Assembly (NCBI RefSeq): GCF_006345805.1
Contig: NC_042997.1
Coordinates: forward strand, 140,926,001 to 140,990,000
Direction: 5' to 3'
DNA length: 64,000 nt
Source of the DNA: Octopus sinensis
Taxonomy: Eukaryota
Under the pieces are notes generated by a model that was not told the DNA's origin, ran no database searches, and saw only the letters and a list, made by a program, of their open reading frames with translations. This document shows positions 52,726 to 64,000 of the stretch, in pieces; the first letter of the stretch is position 1; every line of letters starts with the position of its first letter. The position numbers and the translations under genes were made by a program.

Positions 52726-52869
52726 AGTAACATAGGTTCAAAATGTAAATTTATATTTGGTAAATCTTGTGTTTTAATTTCGAATTTTGAAATAAAGTTG
52801 TAATTGTCTCGTTGTGTTTTACTTTTGGGACAAAGATTGTGCTCCTGGTCAGCGCAGATGGCTTCAGAA

Positions 52870-53205
52870 ACAGGTAAAAGTGAGGCGGGGATGTCACATT
52901 TGAACAACCGTAAAATGAGTTGACGGAGATTAGAAAAACCTGAAGGGTAAATGAATTCCAAAGAGCTGATGCTTGGGAAAGGAAATAAATTGAGGGGCTT
53001 TTGGTGATGGAGGGAAAGAGGTGCGGACATTATGGGTTATGCGGGAGGAGCATGAGGAGAAGTAGGAGGAGGAGACATAAATGGATCGTGTGCTTGAGTG
53101 AAAGTACCTTGAAACCTGCCAGCTCCAAAACACCTTTCTCTCTTCGTAGAAGTAGAAAATAGCGAGGTGCGGAGCCAGCGCAATTGTGGATTAGAGGTTA
53201 ACTCT
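52870..53205 (-). pseudogene. CR1/Jockey-group LINE 3' remnant
   Basis: PLIH..AGSA/LAIFYFY and FLSQASALWNSF..QVF resemble the PL.HRR.V..LSLFYRY and SFFPRT..LWNSLP..VFP motifs at the end of ORF2. Confidence 0.5.
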
Positions 53206-53206
53206 A

Positions 53207-53525
53207 GCCTTCCGTCGGTTACGACGAGGAGGATTCCAGTTGATCCGATCAATGGAACAGCCTGCTTGTGAAATTAACATGCAAGTGGATGAGTACTCTA
53301 CAGGCACATGTACCCTTAACGTAGTGGTTATGAGACACACTGAATGTGACAAAACCGGCCCCTTTGAAATACAATTACTACTCATGTTTGTCTGCTAGGT
53401 AGACTAGGACAAGAACAATGTGAAATAAAGTGTCTTGCTCAGGGACACAACGCGCCACCAGGAATCAAACTTACGGACTTACGATCATGAGCCTAATATT
53501 CTAAGCATTAAGCCACGTGACTACA
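53207..53525 (-). mobile_element. tRNA-derived SINE family 5
   Basis: Minus strand: gtggcttaatgcttagaatatt...tgtgtccctgagcaagacactttatttc head and body, then the tail ...gtcgtaaccgacgg. A related head and body lie at 33420-33560. Confidence 0.7.
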
Positions 53526-53683
53526 TAGATAAGAGATTGGAATACTTTATTAACAAAGAACGACAATCGTTAATCTTATACAGGGTGCTGTGGGTTTTTA
53601 GTAAACGCACACGAAAATGTAATATAAAGTTTCCATAAAATTTTAAAATTATCCTCCTCAAACCATTAGCTTGTGCACCATTA

Positions 53684-53781
<98 letters not shown>

Positions 53782-53831
53782 ATATCTATCTATCTATTTT
53801 CTCTCTCGCGACGTATGTGTGTCTTTATGTA

Positions 53832-53880
<49 letters not shown>
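53684..53880. repeat. (TCTA)n and (GA)n microsatellites
   Basis: Direct reading. Confidence 0.95.
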
Positions 53881-53881
<1 letters not shown>

Positions 53882-55729
53882 TGTGTGTGTGTGATATGTT
53901 TGCATGTATACATACGTTGTGCACTATATCAATATATCATACGATATGTATATATATATATACATGCGTGTATGGATATATGTAGATACTCACATATGCA
54001 TATATATATATATATATACTTACACATATGTATATACATACATGCATACATACATATATGCATAGATAATCACACACATATACATAGCAGGTATTGATGA
54101 CGATAAATCAAAATATGTCACACATTATAAAACTTAGAAATGTCTATATTTTAGCTATTTGATTAGAATTTTAAATGAATTATGAGTTTATTTTTCCTCG
54201 TAGTTTTGTTTTACGAGAGGAAGCGTTAAAGTTGTCCCTTCATCTTTATTGCCGCTCTTCTTGTCTAATCCATAACTGGGAATTTTTCCACACTCTAGAG
54301 ACTATTCCTTTCATTATTTTCATAGCAAAGCTAGTGTGTGTACGTGCATGTGTACATGTGTGAGAGAAAAAGAGTGAGAGAAAGAGAAAAGGAGTGTGGG
54401 AGAGAGGGAGAGAATGAGAGAGGAATTGAACACTTCATTCTCTCGGCTTTTGTCTTCAGCGTGTATATACGTATTTAATTGCAATAGAAATGTAATGTAT
54501 TAATTAATTAATGTGAGTGATATAATTGAATCATTAAAGTGGCTATATACAACGGAGGGGATTGTAGATATTTGAGCAATTTATACATGGTGCTCTTGTT
54601 AACTGCACTGCTATATCTGAAAGTGATTAGATGCAGCATAGCAAAAAGCAGAGTTTGATATTTTTCAGTATTCAAGTAATCAGTTTAATGTTCTCCGATT
54701 TTTACTTCAAATTCAACAAAAATAAAATGTTTTTCTCTGATGTAAATTGATTTATTTTGAAGTAAATTGTTTTCCTTTGAAGTAAATTGTTGTTGCTTTG
54801 TGTTTCTTTCGCTTTTTCGAGCATTTGAAAATGGACGCTAGTAACGTTCGGGTTCGATTCCATTGCAAAGCTCCTTAAGCAAGTGTTGTCAACCAAAGAC
54901 TCGAGTAGAACAAATCTTTGTTAGTTAAGTTTAGAAGAGGGAAACTGTATGGAAGCAGGTCCAAGGGATTGTTTCTGTTCTCGTCTGACATGACCATCTG
55001 GTTCTGATTTGTCTTTAGCTAAAAGTTCATTCTGTTGCAAGCGTCCAGGCCAGGTCTTTAGTTTGAGAAAATCTTTTCACCAGTCTCGAAAGCCATTTAA
55101 AAAAACGCGAAAGGTACTGCCATTTTTCCTTTCACTAAAACATAAAAAATGGTACGAATAATAATTACTTGTTTTTCTTTTTGTATTTGGATAGTGATAT
55201 AAAGAAAGAAATACCTTGGAACTGACTTCAGACGTAAAATATTCCTTGGAACTACATCCTGTCACGAACAGGTTTTATGGAATATCGTCATGCTTTTATG
55301 AGAACTTTTCAGAAATCTTATTCTATTATATGTTACAGTGCAAAAATTATCAGTCTGAGTAAGAAAAGGCTTTTCAAAATGGTCTTAAAATGCTATTAAG
55401 GCCGAAGGTACTATTTATTCCCAAAGATTCACCAACTATAAAGAAAGATCTTCCAAAAATGGGGGTTTCAGGGAAAAGAATGACTACTCCTTTATCTTTA
55501 TTTATTTCCTGTTTCTTTAACTTACCTTTAGCTTTATACTTTTGGTTTTGTTTCTTCTTTTATATAAGGGTGCTGTGTACCATTCTCCGTTTGTCATGAC
55601 TTACCGGCGTTACATGGATATTTTAATTCAATTAAATGAATAGATAAAGGAAATATACCACGTGAGCGCAAAAACAGGTTATTGCACTACAGATATGTAC
55701 ATGAGCTATTGAATGAAAGAAGTCTTGTT

Positions 55730-55910
55730 GCTGTTTAGACCCAGATCAAGACCCAGAACAAGCAGGCCGAGGATCAAAAGGTATTCAGCCGTAGCTACGA
55801 GTCTTTTATATTTTTCATATAGAAGAACATCGTTCAATGTGTACTTTGTTCATGACAACAGGTTTTGATTTGAAGGAGATTTGCTTGTTGTTGCTAGCAG
55901 GTCGAATTTA
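55730..55910 (+). repeat. Interspersed repeat family 4 (class unknown); related copies near 12895-13060, 25520-25655, 26215-26430 (-), 29648-29810, 32700-32870, 42680-42830 (-)
   Basis: Shared blocks tgtttag.cccag.tca, agcagac.tatgat.aaagg.att, tacattatc.aatgtg, gatttga.ggagattt.g.t.ctatt.ctagcaggtcg. The copies are strongly diverged. Confidence 0.55.
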
Positions 55911-55938
55911 ATGAGGGAATAACAAAGAAATGAAGAAA

Positions 55939-55969
<31 letters not shown>

Positions 55970-58900
55970 TGTATGTATGTATGTATGTATGTATGTATGT
56001 ATAAATGCGTGATCACTTCGACACCTGACACGTGGCACACCGTGCACCTTTTCAAGCAACGTCGATTTGACGGAGATAGTGAACATTTGATCATAATAAA
56101 CAAATCCTTTGTGCAGGTCGTTTGGCAAAAAGCGGAAGTACCATACGTCGTCTTTGACGGGAGAGTCAATCATATGTTTATAAACACACACAGACGCATG
56201 CGTGTGTGAATGTGTGTGTGTATATATATATACAGATGTATGTGCACAAACTTGAAATAGTAATTACGACGTGAGAAAATATTCATTTGAATATACGTGT
56301 AATTAAATATTAAATATTGTCGTTGTAAGGACAGTCGCCATAGAATCGGCAATGATTAAACACGAATCAATAAGGAAGCAGATTAAGAAGTGCTCGTCTC
56401 CTGTTATAGCTATAACTCAGTACAAAATAACTCTACATTTGAATTCTGTTCATTATTCTTAATGAAGAGAACACACACCATGTATGTGTTATAATAGCCT
56501 GAAGTTAAACCGAGCAAATTCACTATAAAACTCGCCTGACACGGTATCAAATACACACGCACACAAACACGCACGCACACACACACATGCGTTCGCTAGT
56601 AACAAGAAAAAACAAGCTAAACTGTGCTACTGTTTTAAGCTAAACAGTGTTTCAATGTATGATTACTTTTTAATTCTTTCCATTTATGAATTGTAATTAT
56701 TCTATTCCCTTAAGATACGTTTAGATAATAGAAAAGATTAGTCTGGTTGTAATGGATGATATATAATAAGCTACACACAGCTATTATATTGTTTGCAATG
56801 GTTGGCGTTCAATTTAGATCACTTGCGAGGAATTAAAAATCCCGAGAAAATTGCAAATAAGTCAATACATTCTATTCGCAACGTGATTGATTTCTTGTAA
56901 TAAATATTAGAAACTATAGAAAAATGTCCAAAATATCTGTATATTTTTTTGCGTTAAACAACCATTTTACAATTGGGATATGGAAGCACTTGAATGAATC
57001 ACTTCATTATTCCACGCTGGAACTATCTTTGATACTCAAACTAAAATGAATCTCTGATTCATATTAATCTAATGCTTAAAGCGATTCCCAACGGCCCAGC
57101 TATAGCGTTTGAAAAGAACATCATTCTTCATTATGATTGCATTTTCGAAAGCAGATAAAAAAAAAACTTGTATGTGTAATAATCACGATCGTTTTATCCA
57201 TCCATACAATAGCCAATAATATTAAATGACAAATATTAAGTAATTGTAAAAAGAAAAAAAACTAAAACAATTACCACATCTCCATAAAAACCAACACAAA
57301 AGGTGAAAGATAATTAATATTCGATTGTTTAACAAATAAATAGTTAAATAAGATCTATTAGAACAATTTTTTTCACAATAGAAACTATTCATCCATTCTA
57401 TTACACAATATATTTCGATATTGAAAGTATTATATTAGAAATTCTCTACAGCATATAAAGCAGAATAATGTATTATTTCCTGCATTGATGTATTAGAAAA
57501 GAATCGAAAATAAAATAGTTATTGATTTAAAGCGGTAGGAAGTTGAGGAAGAGATGAAGTTCATTGATATATTGACATATGATATGTTAACATACATCAA
57601 TTATAATTTCAGTCAAATGTTGATAACGTCTTCCGGATAGCAGATGTATTGCCTCTGGAATAATTATTTCTACGCCTGTCGCTAAATGAGGAAAAACATA
57701 AGCTATTTTTGGCGAACCAGACAACAATTAGGAGAAATTAAAAGTTAAACTTTTCGAAAACTTTAACGTATATTGACGGCACTTCTAACTGATAACATCT
57801 GCAGCGTACAATTTAATTCATTCTACTCCATCATTGCAAAATTTAAATTTTCAATATTGCTTTGCAGGCATTTTCCTTTCAAACATCCAGCATCTTCATT
57901 AAATGGAAAGTTATGAAGTCATAACCAAGGTTATGTAATTTCAGTTGTCTGTATTAGTATTTTTAGTTAATAGTATTTTCAGTTAACTGCTGTTCTTCGA
58001 TATTCTCTTTGATATATGTAGCAATATAACAGAAAATTAATCGCTGTTATAATTCATTACTTCCACAATGAAATCTACATACTGCCAATACAACAGGAGA
58101 GAGCTGTTATAATTGTAATTATTATATTAATTTTAATGGTTTCAGTAATAGGACTGCAGTCAGACTTGGGCGTCGCTTTTAAGACTATTGCCGTTTATGT
58201 CGAAATCAGTAAATTAGAGCAGCATATTTGGTGGCTTATATCAATTTTGGAAGGCTTTTTTTGAAAACAAAAAACTCGGTTAAGTCACATATTTGCTGCT
58301 CAGCTAACAATCAAATTATTTTAGATTTCATATGTTCTCATTCTATTGAACTTCTAATATTTTCAATCAAAAGCCTTTATTTACTCTTTCGTTACAACAA
58401 TTTGATACCAGCTGAAGATTCACTATGCACTATATAATGTCTTTTTGCTCGCCTCTACTCTTTATGAAATGTATTTTAGTCCAATCATTTATCGTATATC
58501 TGTCATATATTTACCGTTAAAGTCATTAATTAATGTACTGTTTTCTACATGACCTGGCAAATTATTTCATTCATTTATAACTTTTGAAAACTAAAAGATT
58601 TCCTGATGTCTGGAGAATTTTGTTTCTTATAAAGTGTATAATGGTGACATCTTCTTAAATATCCATCTTTTCTGGAAAAATGTACGAACATTTATATTTT
58701 CAAGTCCTTTCACAATTTTAAATACTTCTATCATATTTTCTCTTCGTCTTTTCTCCTTTAAACTTGTAATTCTAGATTTTACATTTTTCTCTATGATATC
58801 GATTTCTTAATTATAATGAGTATTTTCGATGCTTTTCTCTGGATCCATTCAAGAACTTCTATACCCTTTCCAGGCTAAGGTAACCAATCCTGTGCCGCGT

Positions 58901-59694
58901 GCTTAGGCGTTGTCGCGGGTACCCATTGTACAGAAACATAAACGTCTCCTCAATGAAGTAGGCAAAATAACGTTTTATTATTTTTAACGTTTAATTTCTT
59001 TGTTGTTATTTTTTGCTTTATAATTTCTTCAACATGTTCAACCCATTTCAAAATTCGAACTACTACATATTTCCAAATCCTTTTACTGGTCTGTCGTTGT
59101 CAAAGGTTTTCCATTCATAGAATACTGCAATATTAAGCTACCATTTTCACACTCCATAACCTTCCATTTTTCAGTACAATAAAAGCATCCATTCATTTGA
59201 CAACTTCTCCAGTCTATTTGAAATTCCCTATAGAATGATGCCTCTCTGCAGAATTTGTACGTATTCATATATATTTTTTGTCACCAACAACTAACTTACA
59301 TTTGCAGTGTAACGAAAATGTATATCACTTATATACATCATACAAAAATTATGGACCCCTAATACCGATCCCTGATGTTCCACAACTTAAATTTTTTTCC
59401 CCATTCGATCTTATTCCATTAACTGACACCGCACTGTTTTCAATTAGATAGGAAAGCTTCAATCTATGCCAAGATATTTCGTTAAAAGGTATTTGTGAAT
59501 AATGTATGTAGTAATGTAACTCATGGCATGTTATCAAAAGTTTTGCTAAAATCTAAATAAATTGCATCGAAATTATGATTGTTATCGTACTTCTCTCTCC
59601 AGTCATCCCATATATCTGATGAATTTTGTTAGATCTGGCTTACCAGGTATAAATTACCTGATATATCGCATTGATGGTACATAATACTTTATTT

Positions 59695-60122
59695 ATCTTT
59701 TATCTTTTACTTGATGCAATCATTAGACTGCGGCCATGCTGGGGTACCACCTTGAAGGGTTTCTAATCGAATGAATCAACCCCGGTGTTTATTCTATCGG
59801 TTCTTTTGCGGAACCGCAAAGTTATAGAGACGTAAACACACCAACACCGGTTGTCAAGTGATACTGTGGAACAAACATAGACACACGCACGCACGTGCGC
59901 TCACATACACACACATGCACACATACATCTATATGTATATATACATACATATACATACATAATGAGCTTCTTTCAGTTTCTGTCTACCAAATCGACTCAT
60001 AAGGCTTTGGTCGGCTCGAGGCTAGAGTAGAAGACACTTGCCCAAGGTGTCATGCAGTGAGACTGAACCCGGAGCCATGTGGTTAGGAAGCAAACTTCTT
60101 ACACAGTCGCGCATGCGCCTAT
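59695..60122 (-). mobile_element. SINE family 2 inserted in the CR1-like fossil
   Basis: cattagactgcggccatgctggggtaccacc...gacacttgcccaaggtgtcatgcagtgagactgaacc. Confidence 0.85.
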
Positions 60123-60384
60123 AACATAATTTATTTTTGATAGTAAAACCTAAATCTTTCTTTACGGCCTATAATTGCTTGTTGATTTTTGTCCCAATTG
60201 TGATTTTTCTGTCTATTTCGAGATATTTGTCTTAGTGACTTTTTAAACAAAATTGTAAATGATGGCGCTATAACATCTAACCCATCTTTCAATAGATTTT
60301 GTGAGGACCTGCAGATTTGTAAAAAATTTAAGTTTTTAAGATTTTCTGAATGAATAATGTTTTCCGTTTGTATACCACCTTTTA

Positions 60385-60755
60385 TCCTTTATTTTTTATT
60401 TTTCACTGTTTCACTCATTGGGCTGCGACCATACTGGGGCATCGAATTGAAGAGTTTAGTCGAACAAATCGATTCAACACCCATTTTAAGCTTGATACTT
60501 ATTTATATTGATATCTTTGCTTTGAGTTATAGGAACGTAAACAAACACCGGTTGTAAAGCGGTAGGGAAAACACAAAGACAAGCACACACACACACATGT
60601 ATAAGACGGATTCCATACCGTTTCCGTTAACGAATTTCACTCGCAAAGCATTGGTCAGTCCGAAGCTATACAAGATGGTACGTGCTTAAGGTGCCGTGCA
60701 GTGGAAGTGACTGAAACTACCTGGTCTCAAAGCGATCTTCTTAACCATACAGCCG
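60385..60755 (-). mobile_element. SINE family 2, older copy, in the CR1-like fossil
   Basis: Reverse-complement tail and body blocks. Confidence 0.7.
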
Positions 60756-60781
60756 TTTAGTATTACCAATAGGATACATGC

Positions 60782-61087
60782 TTGTTATTTGTTCCTTTTC
60801 GAGCTATGCCTAGCTCTTAAGGGCCGGTTTCCCCGTTTCATTGGTGTTTAGGTTCCCACCTGGACGGGATGCCAGTCTGTTGCAGATGAGCTGCTACATG
60901 CAGGAGGGGAGAGTGAGAGGAAGTTGTGGCGAAAGAGTCAGCAGAAGCTCGTCATTACTTTCTGCCGGAGCCGCGTGGAGCTTAGGTGTTTCACTCATAA
61001 ATACACACATCACCCGGTTTGAGATTCGAACCCACGATCCCACAACCGCGAGTCCGCTGCTCTAACCACTAGGCCATTTGCCTCCAC
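60782..61087 (-). mobile_element. SINE family 3
   Basis: Reverse complement of the 37010-37315 element. Confidence 0.85.
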
Positions 61088-62162
61088 AGGCTACGCGGTG
61101 GTCGATATAAACTGCAAGTCTCTTCATTCTCATCGTTAAACAGTAACTTTACTGACCCGTTCAAGGATACCACTTGAATGTCATCTCCCTTATTTAATAC
61201 TTACTGACACAAAGAAATTATTTATTTCCACAGACGTTAGAAAATCTCCATTAACTTTTTCCAAATTGTAATAGAAACATTTTATAGTTTTCTTTCTTTT
61301 TACGTTTATGTAATGCTCTCGGATTCGCTTTGAGTTTTTGGGGCAAATTATCTTCATAAGTTCTCTTCTCGGAACAAATTACTACTGTACAAGTAACATT
61401 CACTACAAATGCTGTATACACCGAGCATACATTTTTCTCTTTTTTCTTTTACATCTTACCCGTACTTAATTTTCACTACTTTAGCCTTTAAAGATTTCCT
61501 ATATATCCAAGTAACATTTTATCTTAAGTCTTAAGTTTAGCTTATGTCACATAACATCTTACAGTTTCGTTATATTTTTACGTGAAAATTTTCTATTCAT
61601 CACAGACACCCTGGCCAGTAGCAATTCTCTCGAATTTAGCCGTAAACATTCTCTATTTCTTCATATTCTTCTTTATGGTAGTTGCATTGCTTCTATAATA
61701 CTCGCATCACTGTTTATATTCTAGACATTATTTTAAAGTTATTACAGTATGATCACTGTGTTCCAGTGGTTCAAGTTATCCAGTCTAACTTTCTACATCA
61801 TATACATACATACATGCATACATACATACATACATACATACATACATACATACGTACATACATACATATATACATACTTACATATAATACATACTTACAT
61901 ATATACATACATACATGCATACATGTATACATACATATGTGCATACATACACACATCATATATAAATATATGTGGGTGTGTTTGCTTGTGTGTGTGTGTG
62001 TGTTTGTGTGTGTGCATGAAAAGGGGGTTTATATATTTGCAAGTGAGAATAAAAGGGTTTGAAAATACACCTGAGTCTTAAAATTAATTGTTGTTTTAAG
62101 GGTTTTTACAAATTTATTAAAATACCATACCGGTTTCAACATTTTACTATCTATATATATAT

Positions 62163-62209
<47 letters not shown>

Positions 62210-62989
62210 TGTATGTATATATCCTCAGCATCACGTCTGGCGCATTTGATCTATTTCTTCCTCGAGTTCTTGTAATTTCAAAAATACACAAGATAATTTT
62301 ATCAGAGATTTTGTAAATATCTATTTGGTCTATTTCCCATGACTTTATTTTTGTTCCAATTTATTTCTGGATAATTAAAATCTCAAACTAATAAAAAGTT
62401 GTCAATATTTTATATTGATGTTTTAGACAGAAGTACTAGTAGTGAATCTAAATCTATCGAATATATCGAAGATTTCTTCGATGTAAGCTATCGAACAAAA
62501 TTTTATTTTTTCCTGTGGTTATTTTAACTCATAGTGCTTCTTCAAAGAGATCTACATTGAAAATGTCTGCCACTTCAAAAGTAAATTTGTCTTTAATGTA
62601 AACTATTAAGCCTCCTCTTTTAGTATTGCTGTCCCTCCTTATTAACTTGTAATTACTCAGCTTTATTACACTGTCAACAATATTGTCATTCAACCACCTT
62701 TCATTGACTGCTGACTGCTATTATTACCTGGTTTTAAAACTGAAACGCTGTTTTCAAATTCCACAAAACTTTCCCGTAAGAGACATACTTTGTGAACTTC
62801 TTTACAGTTACTTTACTGGTTTTCATTCTGATAATCAATGCCATTCGAAGGCGGCATGTTGGCAGAGTCGTTACAGCTTCAGATAAGATACTCTGCAGAA
62901 TTCTTCTGACTTTTTCACTAATACCAACATATTATCCAGTGGGGATGTTGGCTTACTCTGTCATGGCTTGATTTATACTCTACAGATGC

Positions 62990-63450
62990 TTACACACCCA
63001 GAGATTACGTGGTTCACTGTTTCAATCCCATCATTGCAGTATCGGGACTTTGGGTCTACTTCATTTTTCATCAGATTGGCTTGATAGTTCCGGGTCAGTA
63101 AGTTCTGACCCTGAGCAACCAAGATGAAGCTGTCGCTCTCTGCCTTTAGCCCTGAGCTCCGTAGCCACCGCTGATGTGTACTTCTGGTCTATATCAGTTT
63201 GTTTGCTACGGGCCACATATTTACAATGCAGAGGGTTTTGTTCCTACCTATCAGCCAATTGTACAAACGCATTTTGATTTGGTATTGATTTCACCTTCTT
63301 TGCAACTATATTTGCCGCACTTACATCATGCTGTTCAATCTGGGTTTTATGTACGAACTCACTAGCAAATTTTTTTGCTCTCCTTCATAACAGAATGAAG
63401 CTTCTTATATCTCTCGTGGGTTTTCAACGAGTTTTAGCATCCAGCTTTTA
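62990..63450 (-). mobile_element. Internal fragment of the same R4/Dong family as the 16-20 kb element
   Basis: Nucleotide similarity to 16860-17310, for example gctctctgcctttagccctgagctccgtagccac versus gctctctgcttttagccctgagctccgcagccac. A (TTA)n tract lies at 63531-63582 on its 5' side. Confidence 0.85.
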
Positions 63451-63531
63451 GATGCTATTATCGTCCTGTTTTGTCCCTTTATGTTTTCTAATCATATTTG
63501 TCAGCCCTTGTGGCCAATAAAAAGAATTAAC

Positions 63532-63582
<51 letters not shown>

Positions 63583-64000
63583 GGAGTTAAGGAAAAACTT
63601 TGAATACTTGGTCTGCCAGTGGTACCGGAAGATGTTACCGGTGTTGTATAAACTAATTCTACCAAATGTATCAAATGACGGAACTGCTGCCTATGCACTC
63701 ACCCATTCTAGCAGCATTGTTCTGTTATCTCCTGTCGGATGGATCTAAATGTGAGCTGAGTCAATTCCATTTCATCGCAAAGGAAGGGCAGCCGTTTACC
63801 TCCTATAGCGATGGCGAAATAGACAGTGCGGTCGATACGATTGTGAGTTTGATAACGGCGATTTTCATTTCCGGCTAAACGTTCTTCAACTTTTTCAAAT
63901 AACACGTGATGAGGAGAGTAGTGGCGAAGTAGGAAGTGCTTCTCTCTAATAGGTTTTCTAAGAAACTTGTGAGGGTAGCACGTTTGATTTTGTTTGATGG

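Larger units (their letters stand above)
58450..62760 (-). pseudogene. Old CR1-like LINE ORF2 (APE endonuclease + RT), interrupted by younger SINEs and microsatellites
   Basis: APE motifs WLNDNIVDSVIKLSNYKLIRRDSNTKRGGLIVYIKD (62698-62585), DFNYPEINW (62382-62356) and PLEHSDH (about 61770-61750). Linker KRTYEDNLPQKLKANP. RT motifs DAIYLDFSKTFDNMP (59568-59524), YSMNGKPLTTTDQ*KDL and IEVLEWIQRKASK (about 58865-58825). Confidence 0.85.

Noticed and set aside
63666-63905. Overlapping ORFs at the window end as a host exon or LINE ORF1
   Set aside because: No recognisable domain; resemblance to CR1 ORF1 is too weak to call.

Overview
AT-rich, microsatellite-dense animal DNA. The repeat families resemble those of octopus/cephalopods (inference, not database-checked). 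No host protein-coding exon, rRNA, true tRNA gene or CRISPR array can be supported, and almost all ORFs in the supplied track are microsatellite or repeat artefacts. The window is a transposon landscape. It holds a near-full-length R4/Dong-clade non-LTR retrotransposon (Myb-like N-terminus, RT, CCHC knuckle, restriction-like endonuclease; minus strand, about 16.2-20.0 kb) and four further fragments of that clade, most of them touching (TAA)n tracts. A non-coding element of about 0.5 kb abuts TAA tracts in all three copies. Also present: a 5'-truncated DD36E Tc1 transposase, old CR1-like and RTE-like LINE fossils, four tRNA-derived SINE families (including a TSD-flanked dimer, a TSD-flanked chimera, and one family sharing its 3' tail with a CR1-like LINE), a fifth short repeat family of unknown class, three foldback/MITE-like inverted repeats and three degenerate minimal hammerhead-ribozyme motifs of Penelope type. 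The best candidate for an undescribed system is a group of elements using (TAA)n microsatellites: the R4/Dong retrotransposon, the non-autonomous element and an identical 27-bp junction sequence.
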